Part shown: piece after piece, positions 1-7,827 of the stretch
Layout: each line of letters starts with the position of its first letter
How positions within the stretch are numbered: position 1 is the stretch's first letter
Source of the DNA: an uncultured Bacteroidales bacterium
GTDB lineage: Bacteria; Bacteroidota; Bacteroidia; Bacteroidales; UBA10428
Assembly (NCBI GenBank): GCA_964633185.1
Contig: CAZWFM010000003.1
Coordinates: 1 to 32,447, forward strand
Direction of reading: 5' to 3'
Length of the DNA stretch: 32,447 bases
Notes under the pieces: generated by a model
Database searches by the model: none
Told to the model about the DNA's origin: nothing
Seen by the model: the letters and a program-made list of their open reading frames with translations, nothing else
Program-made: the position numbers and the translations under genes

Positions 1-2
1 TG

Positions 3-383
3 AGCGGTGGACTATCTGTCCTTGGCGATATCTATAAAACGGATGTGTATCTTCTGGCCAATTATATGAACAAGAACAGACAAATTATTCCTGAGAATAT
101 CATAGTCAAACCGCCCTCGGCAGAATTACGTCCTGATCAGAAAGACAGTGATTCATTGCCGGACTATGAGGTTCTTGATAAAATACTGTTCAATTATATA
201 GAGCTCAGAAGATCTGAAGAGGAGATAATATCAGAAGGATTCGATGAAACAATTGTGAAAAAGACTGTTTCCCTGGTAAATCTGAATGAATATAAGCGAT
301 ATCAGACCCCACCAATATTAAGGGTCAGCAGCAAAGCTTTTGGCTTTGGAAGAAGGATGCCCCTGGTAGTGAAATATGAATAA
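3..383 (+). CDS. nadE: NAD+ synthetase, C-terminal fragment (5' end lies outside the window)
   Basis: The frame is open from base 3. The translation SGGLSVLGDIYKTDVYLLANYMN...IIVKPPSAELRPDQKDSDSLPDYEVLD...YKRYQTPPILRVSSKAFGFGRRMP matches the conserved C-terminal part of NadE ATP-pyrophosphatase domains. TAA stop at 381-383. Confidence 0.85.
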   Translation, partial: SGGLSVLGDIYKTDVYLLANYMNKNRQIIPENIIVKPPSAELRPDQKDSDSLPDYEVLDKILFNYIELRRSEEEIISEGFDETIVKKTVSLVNLNEYKRYQTPPILRVSSKAFGFGRRMPLVVKYE

Positions 384-425
384 GTGCTTTATTTTCCGTC
401 TGTTTTATTTAGAATTCGTTTGTTT

Positions 426-1421
426 CTATTTCATGCTGTGTTCTTTAAAATACCCGTCTGCGACAACTGTAAGATGAATGGTTTCTTTATTTACGATCAT
501 AGCAGGCAAAAGGATTGAAGGCACCTGTTTTTTCCCATTGTTTACTGATAAATATGTTTTTGGTATTCTTTCTTCATAAATCATTTGCATAGCTATTTCT
601 GCTGTTTTTGAAGCAATAGCCTCAATGGGTTTATAAACTGTCATGGCTTGCGTACCCGCAATAACTCTTCTGCATGCATCTGTTTCGGCATCCTGGCCGC
701 TGATATATGGCAGCGAACTTATATTGGCCTCATGAATTGCTTTCAGTGCTCCTTCTGCCAACTGATCGTTTGCTGCAATTACAGCATTGATCTTCACATG
801 TTTCGACAGGCACTCTTTCATCAAACGGTAACCTTCTTCCGGAGCCCAGTAATTGGCAAATTGATCGTACAGAATACGAATATCTCCTCTTTCGATCAGG
901 GGCTGAATAATATTGAACTGTCCCAGCCGGAGTAAAAATGAGTTGTTGTCAGTAACCGCTCCTCCCAGGATCGCATAATTTCCTTTTGGACAAACAGTGG
1001 TCAGATATTCGGCCTGAAGTTCTCCAACCTGAATGTTATCGAAAGAAATGTAAAAATCGAGATTGCAATTCTTTATGATCCGATCATAAGAGATGACAGG
1101 AACTTTTTTCTGATGTGCAAGTTTTACAATCTCTGCAGCTGCATACATATCAGATGGAATTACTACAAGCACATCAACGCCTTCTTCCAGAATTTCACCA
1201 GCCATAATCAGTTGAACATCAGCATCACCTTCCGATGCCTGAACAATAACTTCACCACCGTTTTCCTGAACATTTTTAATGAATAATTCCTTATCTATCA
1301 GCCATCTTCCCTGGTCGGATACATCCATTAAGAAGCCGATCTTTGCTTTTTTTGAGCAATTGCTTAAAAGCAATAGTACTGAAAGCACTAATATTGCAAA
1401 ATGCATATATTTTCGTTTCAT
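426..1421 (-). CDS. xylF: XylF-like periplasmic D-xylose/sugar-binding lipoprotein (type I periplasmic binding protein), monocistronic with no ABC permease/ATPase nearby
   Basis: 331 aa with a lipoprotein signal (LLLLSNC|SKK). It is near-colinear with E. coli XylF motifs as I remember them: KIGFLMD..., VDVLVVIP, VISYDRII, DFYISFDNIQVGELQAEYL, GNYAILGG, SGQDAE, GTQAMTVYKPI, ADGYFKEHS. It is convergent with nadE and divergent from the next ORF. Confidence 0.8.
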   Translation of the reverse strand: MKRKYMHFAILVLSVLLLLSNCSKKAKIGFLMDVSDQGRWLIDKELFIKNVQENGGEVIVQASEGDADVQLIMAGEILEEGVDVLVVIPSDMYAAAEIVKLAHQKKVPVISYDRIIKNCNLDFYISFDNIQVGELQAEYLTTVCPKGNYAILGGAVTDNNSFLLRLGQFNIIQPLIERGDIRILYDQFANYWAPEEGYRLMKECLSKHVKINAVIAANDQLAEGALKAIHEANISSLPYISGQDAETDACRRVIAGTQAMTVYKPIEAIASKTAEIAMQMIYEERIPKTYLSVNNGKKQVPSILLPAMIVNKETIHLTVVADGYFKEHSMK

Positions 1422-1605
1422 TTTGGTGAGTTTTAGGATGGGAGGTCATTGAAATAATAAGTTACGAAATTGCTGAAACATAGTCAATTTTTACTTTGTG
1501 TTATCGCCGGTCAATATTTTATAACATCAAGGCTGTCAGATATTTAATTTTGAAAATAAAACATGGTGATATTGCTCACCATAAGCATGAAAGGAGCTTT
1601 AACTC

Positions 1606-2400
1606 ATGGGGAACTGGAAAATCTGGATAGATACAGGAAGAACTTTTGCCGATTGCATGTCTGTTGATCCCAAAGGTGAAATCGACCGGGTTAAAGTATT
1701 GAACACGGGTCGTTTGCATGGCAAGATGATCGGGTGTATTGCACCCGGGAAATACAAAATAGAACAAAACTGGAAAGTCAGAGAAGATCTTTTCACGGAT
1801 TACAGTTTTCAGCTTATCCGGAAACCCACTGAAACCCTGAATGTTCTTTCTTTTGATCCGCAGAATTCAATTCTGGAGTTTTCAGGCAATATAACGGATG
1901 ATCTTACAGGCAATGAATTTGAGGTCTATGCGGAGGAAGAAGCCGTCGTTCTGGCAACAAGAATGGTGACCAAAACCAGGCTTGCTGATGAGTTGCCGGA
2001 GATCGATATGCATTTGTATTCCCGTAAAGGAACAGGTACATTATCGGAGGATAAAGGAATACGTCCGCTGCTAATTACTACCCGGGGATTCCGGGATACT
2101 GATCCGAACCGCACACAACAGGACGATTCGCAATATAATCTGAATATAAAACAAACTTATTCGCACTTTGACCGGGTTATAGAGTTGGATGAACGAATTG
2201 ACATACAGGGAAAGGTTTTGGTTGAATTGAACGAAAGTAAGATCAATACCTTACTCAGGGAAGTATTCGGATTCACTCCGGGACTTGTGGTCATTGCGCT
2301 GATGAACAGCAATAAAAACCCATTGCATGAGAAAATCCTGTTCAATGTATTGAAAACTGCAGGAGTAAACCATGTATATGCTTCACATATGCGTAAGTAA
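1606..2400 (+). pseudogene. Hydantoinase/5-oxoprolinase family, N-terminal domain only (apparently truncated)
   Basis: 264 aa. WKIWIDTGRTFADC resembles the IGIDVGGTFTD motif but has G->R. LLITTRGFRDT and DRVIELDERIDIQGKVLVELNE...VVIALMNSNKNPLHEK match the Hydant_A_N pattern. The ORF stops (TAA) just where the Hydantoinase_A domain should start (...VYASH), and I see no continuation in any frame. Confidence 0.5.
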
Positions 2401-2647
2401 GGGAGGCCGTTATATAAGAACTGAAGCCCTCTTAAACAAGGAATTAAATCGTATTTTCATCCTTCCAAACTCCTGATTTTGTTATATTTGATCTGAAATA
2501 CAGAACCTAATAACCCCGGGCTCTGTTGCCTTATTTGGAATAATAAACCAGTATAAATTTGGTATATGTGCAAGTTGGCGGTTATGTTGAGACGCAACTT
2601 TACCAATCATATAATCATCTACTGACATGAACCAAAATTGACATAAA

Positions 2648-3103
2648 ATGAAGATACTCCCATTCATATTAATTTCAATTCTGTTAAATTTTTCATGTGA
2701 TAAGGATTCAAATAATTTAAACAAGCTGGATTCAAATCAATTAAAGAGTACTTGGATTTTATACAAGTTTATAGATAAATCAACTAACGAATCCTTTTCT
2801 TTACCCGATGACTATTCATCTGAAATTACGTTTCATGGAAAAGACTGTATTTGTGTTATAGGACCATGTAATAGTGGACCAGGTAAATATTTAATTGATG
2901 ACAATAATATTATTACGATTACAAAACTGGCTATGACTGAGCGAGGATGTAATATTATTGGATATGAAAAGATATATACCGACAATTTATCTGGCACTTA
3001 TACTATTAATAACGATACTTTAAAAATTATATCAGATTATGATACAGATTTAGTATTCTTTAAAGCTGATTCAACAAAAGTGTATGAATGTTTTGATTTT
3101 TAA
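2648..3103 (+). CDS. META-domain (HslJ-like) lipoprotein
   Basis: 151 aa with a lipoprotein signal (LLNFSC|DKD). The pattern W.L...........ITFHG...GPCNSGPGKY.IDDNNIITITKLAMTERGC is typical of META domains (N..G.Y......I.I..LA.T.M.C). Confidence 0.65.
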   Translation: MKILPFILISILLNFSCDKDSNNLNKLDSNQLKSTWILYKFIDKSTNESFSLPDDYSSEITFHGKDCICVIGPCNSGPGKYLIDDNNIITITKLAMTERGCNIIGYEKIYTDNLSGTYTINNDTLKIISDYDTDLVFFKADSTKVYECFDF

Positions 3104-3617
3104 TAGTTCTGATAATATTAAACACGAACCGCCAACAAACATTAGTACCAAGGCAGATGCCAATCCCTGCAAATAGAAAATTCATTAGATAGAAAGACTT
3201 AAATATTATAAATATTCAATCTGACCCCTCTGCCTCAAAATACGGAATATTGCAAAGTTTATTTTGTCTCCCCCTCGCTCTAATAATGAAGCTACCGACC
3301 CCCATTGCATACATTTACAAATCGCACATGCTATGCCTCAAGCCAAAATTTGTAAAAAAGTGTGATCCTGCCCAGCTCCTCTATATGGCACAAAAATCAG
3401 TTAAATAAGTTGTTGTTTTCTTATCTAAATAATTCCGTAATTTGGGTAACTCTAAACAAAAATATACAAAGGCAAGAAAAAAGATCTATGTCCGATGTAA
3501 ATGAACACAATTCTGCTAACCCTGATTTTTACGTCAATTTTGAAATTTCACAAAATTTTACAGTACTAATTAGAGGTAACTGGAGTAATTGAAAAACCTG
3601 GTTTATTTAAGATTACT

Positions 3618-3914
3618 TCAAAAAGTTTTTACTATAGTAAATAGTATTTCAAATGTATTCGTACTGCTTGTTAAACAGTAATATATATGACCATTATCAA
3701 TATCATGGATACTTTCAATATCCTGCAAGAAGCCCGGATTATACCATTTTTCAACTGGTTGATAATTATTACAACCAGTAAAATAATGTTGAGAAACTCC
3801 GCGATTTCCAAAATAATTACCCCACATTTCATCTACATCACAATATCGGTATCTGTTCCCGTAACATTTCCAAAGGAGTATTTGGGTTACTAGGCCATAC
3901 TGTAAGAAACACAT
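3618..3914 (-). CDS. Hypothetical small Cys/Trp/Tyr/Asn-rich protein; possibly a gene remnant or non-coding
   Basis: 98-aa ORF divergent from the LacI gene. I recognise no family motif and no signal peptide. It ends in TGA, unlike every confident gene in the window. Confidence 0.2.
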   Translation of the reverse strand: MCFLQYGLVTQILLWKCYGNRYRYCDVDEMWGNYFGNRGVSQHYFTGCNNYQPVEKWYNPGFLQDIESIHDIDNGHIYYCLTSSTNTFEILFTIVKTF

Positions 3915-3970
3915 CTACTATCGGAAATATGGCTCATTTAACCATTTTTGCAGAATATTTATACAAAATG

Positions 3971-4001
3971 TTTGCACACGTGTGTTTAAAGATTATATTT
4001 G
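3971..4001 (+). promoter_or_regulatory. Bacteroidota-type promoter for the LacI gene (-33 TTTG at 3971-3974, -7 TATATTTG at 3994-4001, 19-bp spacer)
   Basis: Matches the TTTG...N19...TAnnTTTG consensus described for Bacteroides primary-sigma promoters. The spacer contains the palindrome CACACGTGTG. Confidence 0.5.
3975..3984. promoter_or_regulatory. 10-bp palindrome CACACGTGTG, a weaker copy of the 16-bp candidate operator (autoregulatory site?)
   Basis: Read directly from the sequence. It shares the 10-bp core of the palindrome at 5071-5086 and sits between the -33 and -7 boxes. Confidence 0.45.
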
Positions 4002-4061
4002 CATGTTATATTCTTAAACAAGTCCAAAAAAAGTGCCTGTTTTGTTATAAAACATTTTGTA

Positions 4062-5057
4062 TTGAAAAGAATTACCATAAAAGATATCGCAAGAGAATTA
4101 AAAATACATCATTCCACCGTTTCAAGGGCGCTAAGTAATAATACTAGTATAAGTGCAGCTACTAGGAAAAGGGTGAATGATTTTGCTAGAGAAATTGGTT
4201 ATCAGGTAAATATGAATGCACTGCAACTTCGTGGTAGTGTAAAAAACATGATAGCTATAGTGGTACCCAATATTTACCATAATTTCTTTTCAAATGTAGT
4301 TAGCATTGTTGCAGATCTTGCATTTGAGAAAGGATTTGTAGTATCAATTTTTCAGTCGAATGAGAGCTATTTACAGGAGAAAGAAATAATACAAACTCTT
4401 ATCCGTAATAATGTTGCAGGTATTGTTGCGTCCATTTCAATGGAAACCATAAACTCCGAGCATTTCAGGGAATTAAATAAGTACAGGATCCCATTGGTTT
4501 TGTTTGACCGGGTTTGTCCTGATCTAAATGTTTCAAAAGTACTGGTTAATAATTTTGAGGTTGTTTCATCTGCTGTTGAAATTTTAATTAAAAAGGGATT
4601 CAGAAACATAGCACATATAAGCGGTCCAAAACACATTAATGTTTTTGGCGACAGACAGGAGGGTTATTTGTCAGCGATTAAAAAACATAAATTGAAATAT
4701 CAAAAGGTAGTGAGAATAAATTCAGCATTTAACATTATTGAGGGTAAAAATGCAACAGAAAATTTATTCCTAGACAATATAAAACCGGATGCGCTTATTT
4801 GTGATTCTCATTTATTGACCTTAGGGGCAATTTATAAACTCCGGGAATTGCATTTAAAAATTCCTGAAGATGTTGGTATCGCCGGGTTTGGAGATAATCC
4901 TTATATTGAGGCTTTGGGTTCAGGTGTAATTTCCATACTACAACCGGATTCATCTATTGCAAATGCAGTATTTGAATTGATATTGAAAAGGATAGAGAAA
5001 TTTGACAATGAAATTTCTGAAAACCTTGTGATTTCAGCAAACATAATAGAGAGATAA
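4062..5057 (+). CDS. LacI/GalR-family transcriptional regulator
   Basis: N-terminal HTH: (L/M)KRITIKDIARELKIHHSTVSRALSN, followed by a periplasmic-binding-fold effector domain. I prefer the TTG start at 4062, which gives the canonical MK..TIKDIA N-terminus. The track start at 3999 is a TTG lying inside the predicted -7 box. TAA stop. Confidence 0.85.
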   Translation: MKRITIKDIARELKIHHSTVSRALSNNTSISAATRKRVNDFAREIGYQVNMNALQLRGSVKNMIAIVVPNIYHNFFSNVVSIVADLAFEKGFVVSIFQSNESYLQEKEIIQTLIRNNVAGIVASISMETINSEHFRELNKYRIPLVLFDRVCPDLNVSKVLVNNFEVVSSAVEILIKKGFRNIAHISGPKHINVFGDRQEGYLSAIKKHKLKYQKVVRINSAFNIIEGKNATENLFLDNIKPDALICDSHLLTLGAIYKLRELHLKIPEDVGIAGFGDNPYIEALGSGVISILQPDSSIANAVFELILKRIEKFDNEISENLVISANIIER

Positions 5058-5070
5058 TTTTTTTAAAATA

Positions 5071-5086
5071 ATGCACACGTGTGCAT
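5071..5086. promoter_or_regulatory. Perfect 16-bp palindrome ATGCACAC|GTGTGCAT, candidate LacI-family operator upstream of the PUL
   Basis: Perfect dyad with a central CG, as in most LacI/GalR operators. It lies 14 bp after the LacI stop and about 200 bp upstream of the GH95 start. Its core recurs in the LacI promoter. Confidence 0.6.
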
Positions 5087-5287
5087 ATATGAAATGAAAT
5101 GGTTAGATAGAGTAAGATTTATGGTGACTTCAGGGGCATCGGATTACCTAAGGATCTACCATTGGATTATGTGGGACTTTCAAGTGGGTAACAGACCTGG
5201 ATCCAACTGGCTGACCATAGAAAGGAATATAAGTGTCTACTTATTCCCGGTACAATTATTTATGCAACCAATGATAGAATTGAAAAA

Positions 5288-7756
5288 ATGATCGTGAAAA
5301 GAATCCAAATAGTCTGTATACTTATTGGGATAATTGGTAATGCAAGTGCTCAAAATAATTCTCCTTTAAAGCTTTGGTACAATCAACCGGCAAAGCACTG
5401 GATAGAAGCTTTGCCCATTGGTAACGGACGCCTGGGGGCAATGGTTTATGGTGATCCCTATAAAGAGACTATTCAACTCAATGAAAACATGGTTTGGGCA
5501 GGCCAACCAAACCGAAACGATAACCCAGAGGCGAAAGAAACCTTGCCTGAAGTTAGAAAACTCATATTTGAAGGCAAATATAAAGAAGCACAGGACCTTG
5601 TCAATCAGAAATTCATCAGCAAAACATCTCACGGGATGCCCTTCCAGACCGTTGGAAACCTTAAACTTGTTTTTCCGGGACACGAAAACTTTTCCAATTA
5701 CTACCGGGAACTTGACATTGATAATGCAACGACATCGACGCATTATAGTCTGAACGGAGTAAAGTATAGTTCCACGGTATTTGCATCATTTCCAGACCAG
5801 GTTATTATAGCCAGGATGTTGGCTGACAAACCCGGTTCAATTAGTTTTTCAGCCACAATGGACAGGCCTTCAATGGCGGTGGTGACATCCAACGGAAGTG
5901 ATGAACTTATCTTAAAAGGCATAACAAGCGATTTTGAATCAGTAGATGGTAAGGTTCAGTTCGAGGCAAAAGTAAAGATAGTAACCATAGGGGGTACCCT
6001 AACTGCCACTGATATATCACTGAATATTATCAATGCCGATACAGCCACCATTTATATTTCTGTTGCATCCAATTTTAAAAATTACAACAATATAAGCGCT
6101 AATGCCGATGAAAGATCGGATAGGTATCTTCAGAATGCCCTGAACAAAAAATATAATCAACTATTAGAAGACCATATTGTCGATTATCAAAAATATTTTA
6201 AAAGGGTTACTCTTGATCTGGGAGTAACAGATTCAATTAAAAATCCTACCGATAAGTGTCTTGAACAATTTGCATCAGGTAACGACCTGCAGTTAGTTAC
6301 ATTGTATTTTCAGTTTGGACGATATTTGTTAATCTCTTCTTCGCGACCTGGAGGCCAGCCAGCCAATCTTCAGGGAATTTGGAACGATCAGCTTTTTCCT
6401 CCCTGGGACAGTAAATATACAGTGAATATAAATACTGAAATGAATTACTGGCCATCAGAGATTACCAATCTTACTGAAATGAATGAGCCGTTGACCAGGA
6501 TGGTGCGTGAACTTTCACAAACAGGAAAGCAGACTGCAAAAGATATGTATGGAGCACGAGGATGGGTATTGCATCATAATACTGATATTTGGCGTATTAA
6601 TGGTCCAGTAGACGGAGCTTTTTGGGGAATGTGGCCCATGGGAGGTGCATGGCTTTCACAGCATTTATTCTATAAGTACCTATTTAATGGCGATAAAGAA
6701 TATCTCAAGTCGGTCTATCCCATCTTAAAAGAAGCTGCCTTATTTTACCTCGATTTCCTAGTAGAAGAACCTGAGCATCAATGGTTGGTCGTTTGCCCCT
6801 CAATTTCACCGGAAAATGCTCCATCCGTCCACCCCGAATCGTCTATATCTGCCGGAACCACCATGGACAACCAACTGGTTTTCGATTTGTTTTCCATCAC
6901 CAAAAAAACTGCCGAGATTCTTAACATCGATCATGAACTGGTTAAAGAAACAGAAGAAACAATGAAAAGGTTACCTCCTATGCAAGTTGGAAATTGGGGA
7001 CAGCTGCAGGAATGGATGTACGATTGGGACAATCCAAATGACAAACACCGCCATGTATCCCATTTATATGGTCTCTATCCCTCTAATCAGATTTCCCCTT
7101 ATCAAACACCAGAATTATTTTCTGCGGCAAGGACATCTCTGATTGCACGGGGAGATGAATCAACAGGATGGTCTATGGGCTGGAAAGTCAACCTGTGGGC
7201 TCGTCTGCAGGATGGTAACCATGCCTTTAAACTCATTACAGATCAGTTAAAACCGGCTCCAAAAACTGGATGGGGGCCCAGTGGTGGGACCTATCCAAAT
7301 CTGTTCGATGCACATCCTCCCTTTCAAATCGATGGCAACTTTGGTTGCACCTCAGGAATAGCCGAAATGTTGTTACAAAGCCATGATGGTGCTATACATT
7401 TTTTACCGGCTTTACCAGATAACTGGAAAACTGGTAAAATAAGTGGTCTGAGAACTAATGGAGGATTTGAGGTTAGTTTAAGTTGGGAAAATGGTGAGAT
7501 TCAAAAAATAGTAATCAAATCAAACCTGGGAGGAAATTGTCGCATTCGTGTTCCAAATGAGGTAGCCTTTAATGATGGCACAACACTAAAGCAGGCTTCA
7601 GGTGAGAATCCGAATCCATTTTTTAAAAAATCCCGGATCCAACCGCCTCTAATTGCTGATTCAACCAAATTAATTCCGGTAAATATTAAACCCACTTTAC
7701 TATACGATTTTTCAACTGAGAAAGGTGAAGAATACACTCTTATAAACATGAAGTAA
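5288..7756 (+). CDS. Glycoside hydrolase family 95 (alpha-L-fucosidase / alpha-L-galactosidase), secreted
   Basis: 822 aa with a signal peptide. GH95 hallmarks: LKLWYNQPAKHWIEALPIGNGRLGAMVYG, NLQGIWN, YTVNINTEMNYWPSE, HRHVSHLYGLYP, FQIDGNFG. Confidence 0.9.
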   Translation: MIVKRIQIVCILIGIIGNASAQNNSPLKLWYNQPAKHWIEALPIGNGRLGAMVYGDPYKETIQLNENMVWAGQPNRNDNPEAKETLPEVRKLIFEGKYKEAQDLVNQKFISKTSHGMPFQTVGNLKLVFPGHENFSNYYRELDIDNATTSTHYSLNGVKYSSTVFASFPDQVIIARMLADKPGSISFSATMDRPSMAVVTSNGSDELILKGITSDFESVDGKVQFEAKVKIVTIGGTLTATDISLNIINADTATIYISVASNFKNYNNISANADERSDRYLQNALNKKYNQLLEDHIVDYQKYFKRVTLDLGVTDSIKNPTDKCLEQFASGNDLQLVTLYFQFGRYLLISSSRPGGQPANLQGIWNDQLFPPWDSKYTVNINTEMNYWPSEITNLTEMNEPLTRMVRELSQTGKQTAKDMYGARGWVLHHNTDIWRINGPVDGAFWGMWPMGGAWLSQHLFYKYLFNGDKEYLKSVYPILKEAALFYLDFLVEEPEHQWLVVCPSISPENAPSVHPESSISAGTTMDNQLVFDLFSITKKTAEILNIDHELVKETEETMKRLPPMQVGNWGQLQEWMYDWDNPNDKHRHVSHLYGLYPSNQISPYQTPELFSAARTSLIARGDESTGWSMGWKVNLWARLQDGNHAFKLITDQLKPAPKTGWGPSGGTYPNLFDAHPPFQIDGNFGCTSGIAEMLLQSHDGAIHFLPALPDNWKTGKISGLRTNGGFEVSLSWENGEIQKIVIKSNLGGNCRIRVPNEVAFNDGTTLKQASGENPNPFFKKSRIQPPLIADSTKLIPVNIKPTLLYDFSTEKGEEYTLINMK

Positions 7757-7827
7757 TAAGAATTTAAACATGATTTTACACCCTGTTACTACATAAACAA
7801 TTTAATACACTAACTAAAATTAATCCT

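Noticed and set aside
2482-2724. 80-aa minus-strand ORF between the hydantoinase fragment and the META gene, considered as a possible transposase remnant
   Set aside because: I could not match it to any IS-family motif. Its 5' part overlaps the META gene start on the opposite strand. There are no terminal inverted repeats nearby.
3059-3184. 42-codon minus-strand ORF (MNFLFAGIGICLGTNVCWRF...) overlapping the META gene 3' end
   Set aside because: It is very short, overlaps a supported gene end, and has no recognisable family. There is not enough evidence to call it a small membrane protein.
3313-3356. 9-bp inverted repeat TTTACAAAT...ATTTGTAAA with a 26-bp spacer
   Set aside because: The repeat is short and AT-rich in an AT-rich region, the arms do not extend, and there are no flanking direct repeats. 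This is compatible with chance.
3999-4061. Upstream extension of the LacI ORF (track start at 3999) and the overlapping ORF 3929-4138
   Set aside because: The 3999 start is a TTG inside the predicted -7 box. The extra 21 residues (MHVIFLNKSKKSACFVIKHFV) precede the canonical LacI HTH N-terminus and look non-native. ORF 3929-4138 is out of frame with the HTH and is Lys/Cys/Phe-rich junk.
5071-5086. The 16-bp palindrome acting as an intrinsic terminator of the LacI gene
   Set aside because: A loop-less perfect dyad gives only a stem of about 6 bp. It is not followed by a T-tract on the + strand, and its core recurs in the LacI promoter where a terminator makes no sense. An operator role is more parsimonious, though a dual role is not excluded.
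5079-5291. 70-aa ORF in the GH95 leader
   Set aside because: It has no signal, no motifs and odd composition, and it overlaps the GH95 start codon. It is probably non-coding; the region is reported as an unexplained leader instead.
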